DNA from: Eledone cirrhosa
Lineage: Eukaryota
Reading direction: 5' to 3'
DNA: 64,000 nucleotides
Assembly: GCA_964016885.1 (NCBI GenBank)
Contig: OZ024742.1
Coordinates: forward strand, 144,646,001-144,710,000
Positions within the stretch are counted from its first letter, which is position 1. Every line of letters starts with the position of its first letter. The notes under the pieces are model-generated. The model did no database searches and had not been told where the DNA came from. It was given only the letters and a program-made list of their open reading frames with translations. Positions 63,550 to 64,000 of this stretch are shown piece after piece. Both the position numbers and the translations under genes were made by a program.

Positions 63550-64000
63550 AATATTATACATAAGCATAAATACATGCATACATACATACTTACGTACATA
63601 CACACCACCATCTGTTAACGACATCAATGGATCAATTCTGTATACACGAGGAAAACAGTATCATTCTAGTTAGAAAGGAACTCTTTGCAAAACATTCCCT
63701 TACTGGTAACAAAAAATACATACCAGAGAAGATTTTCTGCTTATCAGCAGAAGGTCAATACTATGTTCTCTGAATACTGCACAATGATAGTAATAGAGAT
63801 ATTTATAGTAATCTTTCTTTGATCAACAACTTGTATATTACCTCTCACTTTGACGTGTATTCTTTTATATTAAAAGAACAGGAAACAACAACAAAATACC
63901 TGATGTACAAAAGGGATAAAGATATGGCATCTGATGCAGGCTCATATTATAAACAGCTGTCCGAAAATGTTATCATTATCTACCTGTGAAGCCTGATGTA

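Overview
AT-rich, microsatellite-saturated eukaryotic DNA. The SINE families and (TA)n/(CA)n/(ATAC)n load suggest an octopod cephalopod, which is an inference. I found no convincing host gene. The one intact coding unit is a full-length, young-looking Tx1/L1-clade non-LTR retrotransposon on the minus strand (11703-17477; ORF1 with a CCHC knuckle, ORF2 with APE endonuclease, RT and zinc motif). It sits in an (ATT)n tract inside a co-oriented chain of LINE fragment, SINE and LINE. Its 3' stem-loop and ATT-starting target sites are shared with the dominant tRNA-derived SINE. The second main signal is a dense set of type I hammerhead ribozymes, folded by hand: about 7 intact-looking motifs from 5 unrelated sequence families, plus variant, decayed and half motifs. 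They lie in short Penelope-like (PLE)/retrozyme-like elements next to (TA)n, often as fold-back palindromes, and two families carry a compensatory U3-A8 core. The rest is decayed RTE, R4/Dong-like, PLE, mariner, hAT-MITE, Helitron-like and SINE debris. All calls come from manual reading, and boundaries of decayed elements are approximate.
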